DNA of 64,000 bases, taken from the NCBI GenBank assembly GCA_001643675.2, contig LSRY02000051.1, forward strand, positions 575,646-639,645. The letters are read 5' to 3'. Shown piece by piece: positions 12,261-24,579 of this stretch (the stretch's first letter is position 1; each line of letters starts with the position of its first letter). The notes beneath the pieces were generated by a model, which saw only the letters and a list, made by a program, of their open reading frames with translations, was not told the DNA's origin and searched no databases. This stretch comes from Monocercomonoides exilis PA203. Its lineage: Eukaryota > Protista > Preaxostyla. Position numbers and translations under genes: made by a program.

Positions 12261-12957
12261 ATGATAAAATCTTCGGGTTCAGCTGTAGCTTCGTTTCTGC
12301 AGGATTATTTGAATATAGAAATTGTGAATCTGATTGTTCGCACGAGTGAAACACGTGATATGGCTCGTTCGAAACTTGAACGAATGGGGCAACAAATTGG
12401 AGAGAAATACACTGAATTGTTTGATAAAAACTTATTATCACATTTTGAGTTGATTGTTTTGAATTATTTTATTAATAGGTTCTTTTTAAAAACGCCACTT
12501 CCGGATTATCAACCAAATTTGAAAGGAGTTGAAGATTATTTTGTAAATGGTTTTTGGCCTGCTGTCTTCAAGGGAAGGTGTAATTCTAGTGGAATTGATG
12601 CTGTTTGAAGCATATATTAAACTTTCAAAGCATTAGAAAAAATAATTTGCAATTTCTTTCTTTTTTTTTCAAATGATTTTTTCGTAAACTTTCAGAAAAA
12701 GTGTCTTGTTCTTGAAGATACTCACTTTTCGTGGATATCAAAAATCTCCTTATGTGGTTCCCCGCCTGAGGAATTGAGCATATATCTTGCAATGCCATGC
12801 GGGATATTGAGAGGAGCTGTTAAGGCTCTTGGCTTTCGGTGCAAAGTTTCAGGAGAAACCGATTCAACAGCCGTTAAATGTATATTTGCTACTTTTATTC
12901 GCATTTATTCTTTTATCATTATTGTTTCTAGGTAAATTTGCAATTCAATTTGCATGA
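12261..12957 (+). CDS. TRAPPC6: TRAPP complex subunit 6 (Trs33, Bet3-like), 4 exons
   Basis: KLERMGQQIGEK, FWPAVFK, LEDTHFSW, YLAMPCGILRGAVKALG, CKFAIQFA*. Confidence 0.8.
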
Positions 12958-13134
12958 GGGAAGGTAATTGTTACACTTCATCACTTCATTTGTGTTATTA
13001 CAAAACGTAATTTTTGCTTGATCAACTTTTATTTTTGATATTCTATTTTTTCCGTACAAATAACTCATAAGTGTTATTTTTCAAAACTTGTACTACCCTT
13101 AACATTTTTATTTCTTATTGCTTTTTTTTTAAAC

Positions 13135-16100
13135 ATGGATGTACAGTGCCCTCATCTTTCTTCACTTTCAAGACCTGATTGGAATAATGTAAGGATTTAT
13201 AAGGATGAATGTGCTTGTTGTTATGAAACTCCATATTCGAAAGATGGCCTGTTTGTTTGCTTATCTTGTTTCACTGGATTTTGTCCAATACATGCTGAAA
13301 TACATAAAGCTAAAACGAATCACTGCATTTACGCACGACTTCAACAAAAAAAGTTTGCAAACAGTGAAGAACAGATGGGTATTATAATGAATGATGCTGG
13401 AGAAGTTAAGCAAGCATCCATTGTTTCAGGAGTGCATGCATCATCTCAGCTTTCACAAACAAAAACAGAAACAAACATTATTTGCGTATGCTTACATTGC
13501 GCAGAATCAAATAAAAAGGATTTGTGTGAAATTGATCTTTCGTCAAATCAAGTATATGTTTTATTGTTTTAATACGTAAATATCAATTATTTTTTAATAA
13601 CTTTTAATTTTTTCAAAAGATCCTTCAAGAGCTGTGTTCTCATGTAAAGTGCAGTCGTAGTGCTTTAGAAATGGATGATATTCGAGCATGGGAGGCAAAG
13701 ACAGTTCCTTGTCCTCATATAAGCAAGTTTAAACCCCCGGCATATGCTCCTCTTTTTGGAAAAAACAGTTCGACGATATTTTAAAATTGATGATATTTTT
13801 TAAATCCTTGTGTTGTTTATCGATTCAACAGTCGTTTGCAAATGCTCAAATTGTTCAATTTCCAAAAACCTATGGTTATGTCTTAGCTGTGGGAATATTG
13901 GATGTTCACGTGAAAATTTCGATGGATCAGGTGGGAAAGGACATGGACTGGCACATCATAAGGAAACAGGGCATCCATTGGCAGTTAAATTAGGAACTGT
14001 GTCCGCAAATGGATTTGGAGGTTTAATTGAACAAATGTATTTTCACTCAAATTCATTTTTTTTTTTTTTTTAATATTTTTATTTTTCAAAATATCCAAAA
14101 ATGTGACAGATGTGAACTGCTATCTGTGCGATGAAATTGTGTATGATGTCGACCTTCCTCTGCATCTCGCTGCGGTTGGGCTGGATTTGAACCATTGCGA
14201 GAAGACAGAAGTGTCGATGGCTGAACAAGAGCTCGAGCAAAACATGAACTTGTTCTCTTCATACGACCCTGTGTTCGAAGGCGGGTCCAATCTCGTGCCT
14301 TTGAAAGGGGCAGGCTTTCGGGGCCTGAAGAACTTGGGGAACAGCTGCTATATGAACAGCTCACTGCAATGCCTTCTGGCAAACCCGCTTTTCCGGCAGA
14401 GGTATTTGTGCGGTTCTTCGTTCCATCTCACTCACTGCACCGCACCACAGGGACGATGCAGAGAATGTCAGATGACGAAGCTGGCTGTTGCGTTGTTTGG
14501 GAGACAAAGGAAGACTGATTCAATGAAGAGTGAAGTTGACAGAACTGGCAATGAAAAAGAAGGTGAACGTTTTCAAATTGAGGCACCAATAACGATTGAA
14601 GAGGCTCTTGCAAATGCGAAGCGTTCAAAAGAGAAAGCAGAAGAAGAAGAAATAAAACGAGTGAGTGCACTGACTGATGAAGCACACAGCGCAGATGATT
14701 CTGAGTCAAAGAACAATTTGACAGAGGAGAATGAAGAAGACGCTAAAGACTGGTCTGTCTCACCGAAGATGTTCAAGTCCTCGTTCTGCGGAAGCAACCC
14801 AGAGTTTTCCTCTCTTTCGCAGCAAGACGCATTCAATTTTGTGCTGCATGTGATTAATACCATTCATCGAGACGAAGAAGATCTCAACATTCTTCGAATA
14901 AAGAATGAGGAACAGTCTTCAAATTCAGAGCAACCTTCTTCTTCTTCTTCTTCTTCTTCTTCTTCTTCTCCCTCATCCTCCTCCTCCTCTAAAAGCTCAA
15001 AAGCATGCACAACAGATCCTTCGAGTCTGTTTTCGTTTTCTATTCGACGCACAATTGAGGTTTGGCTAAATTGTTTTTTTATCTTTTTTTTTAACTTCAG
15101 TTTTATTCATCTTTCTTTCTTTCTTTCTTTTTATCTGTTAAAGTGCAAAAACTGCCATGCAAAGCGACACTCTGTTCTTCCAGCGAGCGATCTCACCTGC
15201 CACCTCGATCTGAGCAAAGAAGAAACAGAAATTATGGTTTCTGTGCAAGTGATGCGCGATGCGCAGGCTGAAGAAAGGGCAAGGCAGAAGGCTGAGGAGA
15301 AGAAGAAGATGGAAGACGTCGAAGGATTCCTTGAGAATGAAAAGAAGGAGCAGGAAGAGGCAGACTTGGCGCTGGCTATGTCGCTTGCTGAAGCTGATGG
15401 GGCAGTTCCTGAGGCAGCTGCATTTGACAGCGCAGCGCCTGTGGAAGGACGGATGAAGAGAGAGGAAGAAAGCACGCCTCGTCCGCAGCCTCCACAAAGT
15501 TCACAAGACACACAAAACACACAAAATACACAAAATACACAAAATACACAAAATACACAAAATACACAAAATACACAAAATACACATAATACACAGGAAT
15601 CTCAAAGCAGCCAGAATGCAAGTGCTGCTATTGAAGAAAAAATGGCTGAGCCTCACGAAGACAACAACGAAATAGCAATCACAAGAACACTCGAAGACCT
15701 GCTGCAGTCGATTTTTTCACCTGAGGAGATTGATGCGAGATGTGAAGTGTGTGGGCATGTTGGGTGTATCAGCACACAAACGCTGGAGACTACGCCATCC
15801 ACACTGATTGTGAAGATCAACAGAACTGTGTATCACAACTGGCAGCCGAGGAAACTCGAAGTGCCTGTTGCTGTTTCCCTTGAAGACAATCTCGATTTAA
15901 GACAGTATTCAATCAGCCCATCAGAAACTGTGAAGGATGATGAGATTTCGGAGGAAAAGAAAATGACCGATGACAGTTCAACTGGATCGGAGAAAGAGGA
16001 GCTTCCAAAACAAGATTCAAAGTCTTCAAGCGAAAAGCAACTTTCAATTGATGTATCATCAGCTACAACACCACAAGCATCATCTTCATCTTTATCATCG

Positions 16101-17027
16101 TCATCTTCTTCTTCAGAAGCAGAGAAATCAATACAAACTCAACAAAACGTCGAAGGAGAAACGACTCAAAAACCAGATGTACCAAACACTTCCCCAGTTG
16201 ATGAAATGGAAGCATTTATGATTTCTCAGCTGACATCGATGGGTTTCTCTGAAGCAAGAATCAAGCACGCCTACCAAAAAGGCAAGAGAACGCCCGACGA
16301 GGCAATTGAATGGATTATATCCACGTTGGACGACCCTTCATTTGATATCCCACCAACCACAGCGTCTTCCAACTCACAGCCATCTGCTCCTCTGAAGGTT
16401 GATCAGCCTCCAGCGGAAAAGCAGGAAGCAAAAGAGGAAGTTCCAAAGGAAATCATGGAAAGTTTGTTTGAGATGGGATTCACGCAGAATCAGATAATCA
16501 ACTCGTTCAGAGAAAAACAAGGAAATGTGGAGGAGATGGTCATGTGGATAATGACATATCCACAGGAAGCAGAAAAGGATCCATCAGAGCGGCATTCCGC
16601 TGCAAATCAGGCTCTTCAGTCTACATCGCAGTCTTCTTCCTCCTCTTCCTCTTCCTCTTCCTCTTCTTCAGCTGCAGACGCAGATGATGCGTATTTGTAT
16701 GGATTTGAAGAGAGGAGTGCTGCGTGTAGCGACTGCACTGCTAGTCCCTCTCTTCCGCTTCCCCAGTCTCTCTGCATCGATTATGCTGCTCACGAAAAGC
16801 TCAACAAAGCGCGTCCAGCTGTCTATCGCCTCTCCTCTTTCATCACACACAGAGGCCTCAGCGTTCACTCGGGGCATTACATCTGCTTTGTGAAGCACGC
16901 AGACACATCTGCAGATGCATCTAACAATCAAACATCAAAGTGGGTCGTTTATAACGACGAAAAGGTCAGTATTGCAAAGGAGGTTCCAGTTGATCAAGCA
17001 TATGTTCTCTTTTTTGAAAAAGTATGA
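13135..17027 (+). CDS. USP5: Ubiquitin-specific protease 5/13 (Ubp14, isopeptidase T): zf-UBP domains, USP catalytic domain, two UBA
   Basis: IYKDECACCYETP, LWLCLSCGNIGCSR...HPLAVKLGT, GLKNLGNSCYMNS Cys box, QQDA, two MGF UBA motifs, HRGLSVHSGHY His box, YNDEKV. In-frame intron 15060-15143. Confidence 0.93.
15504..15596 (+). repeat. 9-bp coding tandem repeat (CAAAATACA)n, about 10 units, encoding (QNT)n
   Basis: Seen directly; protein reads QDTQNTQNT...HNTQ. Confidence 0.9.
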
Positions 17028-17275
17028 TGAATGATCAAGAGTTAGATGGAAATTCTTTTCAAAATTCTTTTTAAAATTTCTTTTTGAGGTAGAAAATTTT
17101 TGATCCCTTTTTAAATATTGTTGTTTTCGTTTGACAAATGTCAATATTCGCACAAACCCTTCAAAACAATAATATTTGCTAAAAAAACATCTACAAAAAA
17201 ATTAGACAATAAATTTAAAGTGTTATTTCTTCTGTTAAAAATCCATGCTTGGGAAGTGATAGTGATTGAGTATAA

Positions 17276-17997
17276 TTAAAACTTGCTGAATTGTTTCTTC
17301 GAGTCAGAGCGAGGAATAACACGAATAACGTTGAATTTCACAGTTTTCGATAATGGTCTAAAAATGAACAGAAATTAATTTAAACAAATGTGCGAAACAA
17401 AAATACAAAATTTAAAATGAATAATCAAAAAAACAATATTCAAGCCTGCATTGTCCAACGATAACCATATCACCGTTGTGCACTTCAAAGCATGGGGAAC
17501 AATGAACTGAAAGAGTCTTATGACGTTTTTCGTATCTGTTGTATTTTGGGATAAAGTGAAGATAATCGCGACGAATAACAATTGTTCTCTTCATTGCTGT
17601 GCTTTTGACAACACCACGAAGAATATGGCCACGAATGCTCACATTACCTGTGAATGGGCATTTTTTATCAACGTATGTTCCTTCGATGGCTTCACGTGGA
17701 GTCTTGAAGCCAAGACCCACGCTGTGGTAATAGCGAAGGCTCTTCTTGTGCTTTTTCCCAAGCTGATGTGTGCGTCCCAAGAATACCGTTTCCTGTTTTT
17801 GGAATGCTCTTTCGGTCTGAATTAATTAAGTGTGATCATTTTGTTTCACAAAAAAAGCCAATTAATAATATGTGTTTTCAGAGTTCATCAAAAAATGTAG
17901 CATATGAGATAATTTTTTTAAAAAGTTAAATATAAAAAATATTTAGACATGAATTACATAAATATTAGTTTGTAAATGCTTCTCAAACTTGTTCCAT
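17276..17997 (-). CDS. RPS11: 40S ribosomal protein S11 (uS17), 3 exons; last intron is GC-AG
   Basis: MEQ|TERAFQKQ...[30 protein letters not shown]...KYNRYEKRH...GQCR|[10 protein letters not shown]...KQFSKF*. Confidence 0.96.
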
Positions 17998-18040
17998 TGA
18001 TAAAAAGAGATTTGCGTTTATTCCTTTATTGGACAGATCA

Positions 18041-18256
18041 ATGACAACTATATATATTGGTATTTCGATCAAAATTAATGTGTTAACTCTGAAGAATTAT
18101 TTAAATGTATTTACTTGCAAATTTTTACCTAAAGCTGATCTTAATGGATTAGCAGATCCTCATTTGATTATTCACCAACAGAATTTGTGTTGGCAAACAA
18201 AAAAAATGCAGAATTCATTGAATACTTTTTTAATTCATGTTTGTCATTTCAAATAA
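18041..18256 (+). pseudogene. C2-domain gene fragment, truncated next to the transposon cluster
   Basis: LPKADLNGLADPHL...WQTKKMQNSLN resembles the C2 calcium-binding loop 1 and the KT....TLNP motif; no clear continuation found. Confidence 0.45.
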
Positions 18257-18353
18257 ATGTAATGCAGTGAAGTTCGATTAGTATCACCTCAGTTATATTG
18301 AAAACTGCGAATAATCACAATTAAAAAAAAGAAGATGTGTATTTTTTACTGTA

Positions 18354-18803
18354 CAGTCAAAACCGGATATAATCACATCGAATACAATCACATTTGTTTA
18401 TAATCACATTTTTCCATGCACCGACATTTTTAGTTCATTTTTCATTCATTTTCCATCGAATATAATCACAGGGATGAAAATATATAATCACATTTTTTAT
18501 TATTATGGGTGCTTTTTTCAATGAAAAATCGATTTTTTGATCAAAAATTTCAATTTTTCGCTTTTTCAAAATATTGTTTAAATAAGTCTGAATAACATAA
18601 TAAAACAATAAAAATTGTTATTTCTATTGAAAAATGTGTATTTGTGTAGAATTTCCAAAAATTAAAAAATCGACCCAAAATTAATTAATAAATAATTTTG
18701 TTTTTATTTTTTTCTGTGTTTAATCACATCGCTTATAATCACAATCGGATATAGTCACAAAAAGTCGTGCAAAAACTGGTGTGATTATATCCGGTTTTGA
18801 CTG
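18354..18803. mobile_element. MITE family A, copy 1 (Tc1/mariner-pogo-like, 450 bp)
   Basis: TIRs CAGTCAAAACCGGATATAATCACA / TGTGATTATATCCGGTTTTGACTG, TA on both sides, about 8 internal (T)ATAATCACA-like motifs, no ORF. Confidence 0.9.
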
Positions 18804-19217
18804 TATATAGTTTGTGTTAATAATGGTGGACACTTTCAATAACTGTGGACAGTTGCATTATCTCAACAACTGTTGATCGTTGCATTTTAACAATAAACCC
18901 AATTATTCCCTCAATGAATATGAACTTATAAAACATGCAGAAATGAAACAACTTTCTCTGCAGAATTTTGAAAAACACTTTTTTAATTTTCGGAGAAACT
19001 ATGTGAATTTTATTTCTTAGGGTTTCTCCGAAAATTAAAAAAGTGTTTTTCAAAATTCTGCAGAGAAAGTTGTTTCATTTCTGCATGTTTTATAAGTTCA
19101 TATTCATTGAGGGAATAATTGGGTTTATTGTTAAAATGCAACGATCAACAGTTGTTGAGATAATGCAACTGTCCACAGTTATTGAAAGTGTCCACCATTA
19201 TTAACACAAACTATATA
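18804..19217. mobile_element. Foldback/palindromic element: perfect 196-bp inverted arms with a 22-nt spacer
   Basis: Block-by-block check: 18804-18999 is the exact reverse complement of 19022-19217; both ends are TATATA. Confidence 0.85.
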
Positions 19218-19921
19218 AGAATAAAAATAAAAAAATAAAAATGAAAAAAAAATAAAAATAAAAATAAGAATTAAGACTTATTTTTCCTGTCCTCCTTCTG
19301 TTTCAATATCTGTTATTCTAATGTATTCAAACATAACTCGATTTGACCGCACTATAAATAATATCAATCGGACATTGTCACAAAAAAATTGTGGAAAACT
19401 TGATGTGAATATTTCCAATATTTACTGAATTTTCATCAAATTTCTGTTTCCATTCACTAATAATTGCAATTATGCAAACACAGAAAAAAATATATATTGT
19501 CATATCGGATTTTGCACAATTTTTTGTGATTTTTTCTGGCTGCAATAATCATCGATGGAACTATTCATTTTTTAAATTGAAAATACTTTTTATTTCCATT
19601 AATCAATATTGGGTTGTTATTTGCACTTTTGTAATTTCTTCATTAACACTCAATTTTCAATCTCAATTTATATCTTTATTGTATTTATACGTTTTTAAAG
19701 ACTTATATGAACACATTTTTGAATTGTCGAAAAAACAAAATATTTGATCAAAAGATTAACGTGGCTGATCTTTTCTGAAATCCTTTTTCGTCAGAGCTTT
19801 GATCAGATGTGTAATCTCAATTGGACATTCGAATGAATTTTATTTCCTTTCATGCAGCATAATAAGCTTAATAAATAAACCGTTGTCGTTCATTTGTTTT
19901 TAATCCCATTGAAATTAAATA

Positions 19922-20369
19922 CAGTCTAAACCGGATATAATCACGTCGAATATTATCACATTCGTTTAAAGTCACATTTTCCATGCACCGACATTTTTTG
20001 TTTGTTTTTCATTCATTTTTCATCGCATATAATCACAGGGCTGATAATGTATAATCACAATTTTTATTATTATGAGTGATTTTTCAATTGAAAATCGATT
20101 TTATGATCAATAATTTCAATTTTTTCTTTTTCAAAAATGTGCTCAAATAAGTCAAAATAATGTATATTTATTATCAAAATTGTTCAAGCAAGTGAAAAAT
20201 GTGTATTTGTGAAGACTTTCCAAAAATAAAAAAATCAACCCAAAACAAATTATTTCAAAAATATTATTTTTTTTTTCTTCTGTGTGAAGTATCATCATGT
20301 ATAATCACAATCGGATACAGTCACAAAAAGTTGTGCAAAAACCGATGTGATTATATCCGGTTTAGACTG
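19922..20369. mobile_element. MITE family A, copy 2 (448 bp)
   Basis: TIRs CAGTCTAAACCGGATATAATCAC / GTGATTATATCCGGTTTAGACTG, TA flanks; colinear with and clearly similar to copy 1. Confidence 0.9.
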
Positions 20370-20449
20370 TATATATCTCTTATCTCAAAAGAAAGTGTGA
20401 ATTTATACAGAGTTTGTTAAATTTCAATGAAAAAGTCACCTATTGGTAT

Positions 20450-20570
20450 CAAAAATGTGATTGCTCATGATGAAAAATGAATGAAAAGTGCAAAAATTGT
20501 TTGTGCATCGAAAAAAGCGATTTCAACTGAAGTTGATTAAATAAGACGTGATTATATCTGGTTTTGACTG
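20450..20570 (-). mobile_element. MITE family A, truncated inverted copy (left end only)
   Basis: Ends GTGATTATATCTGGTTTTGACTG followed by TA; the preceding ~100 bp resemble the reverse complement of the family's left end. Confidence 0.75.
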
Positions 20571-21196
20571 TATTAACGGAGTCTTGTGTTTGTTTCCAAG
20601 ATGATGAAATAAGTCGAATTTGAAATTTAATGTTGGTATTATATTGACATTTCTACATCAAAAATTATTCAAAATCGAAAAACTTTCAACCAAAGTCGAA
20701 AGTTCGAAAAACTTCAAATTTTCAAAAAGATGACAAAAATTAATACAAGTCAAAAAACATTGTTTTTGTTGAAATATCAATCACATTTGTAATTATAATG
20801 ATTTTTCATCTTTTTTCCGGTGTTATTCTTTGCTTTCTTTTGACCAATTACAAATTTAAAATTATGAGAGAAATTTTGACATATTTTTATCTCATTTCAG
20901 TTGAAAGTAACCTTCTTCACAGAAAATTTACCATAGACAATTTTTATTTTTTTTCCTATTTTATGTAGAATGAAGATTACATTATTGACTCTCTTATTTA
21001 ATGTTTTTTCATCACAAACAACTCATTTCTTATTGAAAAAAACAAATGTTCTAAGATGTGTTTTGAGTTTATTTTTGAAATAATTTTGGTTCGAAATCTT
21101 CATTATTTGCAGAAATCTACAACGCAAACATTGCTGATAATATTTCCAAAAACAACAGAATATTTTTATCTTTTGTGGAATACTTTTTATTTCACG

Positions 21197-21197
21197 T

Positions 21198-21234
<37 letters not shown>

Positions 21235-21259
21235 TTTTTTTTTTTTTTTTTTTTTTTTT
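21197..21259 (+). repeat. (TTTA)n microsatellite followed by a T25 tract
   Basis: Seen directly. Confidence 0.9.
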
Positions 21260-21269
21260 CAGTGAAATT

Positions 21270-21381
21270 TTCGATTTCGATTGAAAGTTTTTCGATTTCG
21301 TTTACAACTTTTTCGACTTTGAATGAAAGTTTTCCGACTTTGAATAATAATTTTCGATTTTGATTGAAAGTTTTTCGACTT
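21270..21381 (+). repeat. Tandem repeat of ~21-bp unit TTCGAYTTYG...TTT, 5+ copies
   Basis: Unit starts at 21270, 21291, 21312, 21333, 21353, 21374. Confidence 0.85.
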
Positions 21382-22299
21382 AGAATTATTTTTGGTGTAT
21401 CTGGAAATAAAATAATTAGAACTAATAATTAATATTTTGCTAATATTGTGATTATTTTTGAAATCATAACTTTTTTCGGGTTGCAGATTTTTCAAACGAT
21501 GCTTGTCATTGGGAAGAGCTTTCGAAATAAGATGCTAAATTTATCGCAACTGTTAAAAATATAAATGATTCATCTGAAATAAAGAAAAAAAGTTTCTTTA
21601 TAGTGCTTTTTCACTTTTCAGTGATCATTAATCCATATGGCTAAATTTTTTTGAAAAGTGACATCAGATCAAAAATTTGACCCATGGAAGTTATTTTATT
21701 ATCATTCCGTTTCCATAATTCTAATTAACAAAACAAACTTTCATAACAATGTTTGTTGGCTTATTGCAAACTTCTAAATGAGAAAAAATATTTTGAATCA
21801 AAAAATCATATATTCTGTTTTGTGATCAAAATTCAAATAGCTAATAAACAATGAATATGATTTAACTTCTCTTAGTCCATATTGGAATCACTGAGTTCAA
21901 AAATGCTCAAGGTATGTTATAATTCAATTTTTACAGAAATTAAAGTTTTCTGTTGATGTTTCTAATTTAAATTCGAACTGAAATTTGCATTGCCCAGACA
22001 AATAATTACATTTCATTCTCCAATTATTGCTTACGCATGTTAAAGGAAGCAATGAATATATAAAGTTGAATGGTTTGCTGTTTTATTTAGAGTTGTGTTA
22101 TTTATTCTTTATTTTTCAATTTTAACTTTCTGTATGGATGCATAATTTGCAATAGAGCACCATTTCAGAGATGCAAAATGATAAAAGATTATGGAGATAT
22201 GAATTCGAATCCATTTGAAGGATGAGTGAGCAGTTTTAGGGAACGGAGAATAATCAATTGACGATAAATGGGAATTAGGATACTTACCAAATGCTTGCG

Positions 22300-24470
22300 A
22301 TTCAACATCTCACTCAACTTCAGGATCAAGCAATCATATTGGTTCTTCATCTGTCCGTGTACTTTCTTCAATCTTTCCTTTCATGAACATTATTACAGTC
22401 AATGAATCAACGAAACACTTTTTAAAGAATATCATCTTTCGAAAAACGTTCCATACAAGAAAAAGAATGGAATCAAAGTTTCAGTCAAAAAATGCTTGAT
22501 AATGTGAGAGAGGTTCAACAGAATGACCAATAAGGAAGAAAACGGCACTCACTTCAAAAAGAAATTAGTAGAAGACGAAAAGAACAGCTCAACCAAGAAA
22601 AAGGGACCAAAACTTGCAGACATCGGAGAGTCTGGTAGTGCAGACACGGATGAAGAAGCAGAAAAATCGGATGGAATTGTCAAAGCGAATTGGACAGCAA
22701 ACGATGAGAGCGCATCTTTGAATGCATGTGCACTTTCCAAGTTCAGTCTGGTGAAGTCGTTTAAGTCGTAGCAATGGATTGCTCAGTCACAAAACCCAGC
22801 TTACCAGTCTGATGCATTTTCATAGACAGTTCTTTCACTCTAGTGTGGCAATTCGATCAGCAGTTATATAACATCCATCGTGGGCACTCTGAGGACGTTG
22901 TCACCTTATGCCTCTGAGACGTCGCTGAGTCAGATTATGAATGCACTTCAGCAGAAATCAATCTCGCGCTTCATCTTCGCACTGACTGTGCTGTAGAACG
23001 AACAACTGCAGACTCTTCTCACACTGCGGCAGATGAGCGCCTTTCGAAAGTTTCCACATGCTTTTTCGTGGCAGCGGAGGCGGATGGTGCTGGAGGAGTC
23101 GTACAAAAGCTACAAATCGTCCCGCGGAGAGATCAGAGAAATTGTCTCATCGAAATCGTAGAGCAGCAAAAGAAAGTGCACCAAAATCTGATCAGAGGAC
23201 ATTCTGGCGCCGAGTGAACAAAAAGACACTCTCCCGCAGCTGTTCAACACGATCCACGAGCTGTTCACTCCGCTTCTGTCTCTTCTAAAAGGCATCATCT
23301 GCTTTGAATCAGACGAACTCCCATTCGCCGAAAGAGCACCAAATGCGCCTGTCTCTCGTGTGCCTTCAGACATCCCTCACCCGCCGTCTATGAGTCTGCT
23401 TGTTCCCCTTTTTCAACATCTCTTCGATGCACACTTTTTCTGATCAATATCCAGGCAGACACTATTTAGAAATGCATGTTGGGATGTGCCCGCTTCTGAA
23501 GCGCTATCTTCTTTCGTATTTGTCAGTACTGCTTCTTCGGGCGTCTCAAGCGAAACAGGAAATATTGAAGATATTTGCATTGTATTGCGCAATGAAACAG
23601 GAGCTTTTAAGCAAAGAAGCGATTTCTGTTGCAGCAGACGTTGCGCAGTTTTTGATGATGTGTACGCATCCGATTGAGAAGGAGCTGATAGTCCCCCAAA
23701 TGAAGAAGCTGAAGAGATTATTAGATGAAAGAAAGATGAACAAAACGAATGAAAACGAAAAGACAATCGAAGACGAAGACAAAACGAAAAGCACATCAAA
23801 GAAAAAGGCAAAGAAAAACAAAAAGATAAAAGACGAATAAAATGCAGCAGTCACAGAAGAAGAAGAAGCAGAGGATGATCAGCCATATGTGCCGCTCAAG
23901 TCATTTTCGATACAAACTGTGCTGTGTTTGCAAAAGGAACATCAAACACATTCACAAGATGCTTCGTCTTCAGAGGAAGAAAAAGGAATGAAAAATGACT
24001 CAAATGAAAAGAATGAAGCCATTTTTCCTGCACGTTCAAATTGGATAGCTGCCTTCATTGCATTATCAGAAATAATATTACAATGCACAGATGACAAAAC
24101 AAAGAAAGCTTAAAGTGTCAATGAAGAATCAAAACATTTAGCTCATTCTTATGAAATGTTCTCAAATGACTGAACTTTTTCTGATCTGGTTATGAATTTT
24201 GCAGGAAAATAAGCAAAAGAGTTGCCTGTTTTCAATCAGCTCTTTTTGATGAATAAAAAAGTGAGCAGAATTGAAGATGACGATTCATTCAATGATAATC
24301 CATTTGAACATTCTAATACATTTGAACGGATATCTTCTTCATCATCCTCTTTATCCTCCTCTTATTCCGAATCCTTTATCCTCCAACTTTTTCTTTTTCC
24401 TCCTCTGTCTTTTTGTTTTCAACGAAACCTTTCAACGAACTCAAATGCCGTTCCTCTTCATTAGGCTTCA
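22300..24470 (+). pseudogene. Degenerate coding sequence of unknown family (many stops and frameshifts)
   Basis: Coding-like composition and fragmented ORFs (22523, 23058, 23400, 23889) with K/E-rich stretches, broken by stops without plausible introns. Confidence 0.45.
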
Positions 24471-24579
24471 CCGCAAACATATGCAAACAGCAAATATCGT
24501 CCTGAAGAATCTCCAAGCGAAACAGCGTTCTGACAAGCGAATAAATCGCTGCTCTGTTCATCGCAATCATAAAGTCTAA

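Larger units (their letters stand above)
20656..21395. mobile_element. Second TA-flanked inverted-repeat element (family B, ~740 bp) with subterminal 21-bp repeats
   Basis: TA|CATCAAAAATTATTCAAAATCGAAAAACTTTCAACCAAAGTCGAA versus TTCGATTTTGATTGAAAGTTTTTCGACTTAGAATTATTTTTGGTG|TA: about 45-bp imperfect TIRs. Confidence 0.65.

Noticed and set aside
21270-21381. CRISPR-like array
   Set aside because: Eukaryotic context, no cas genes, and the 21-bp period leaves no real spacers.
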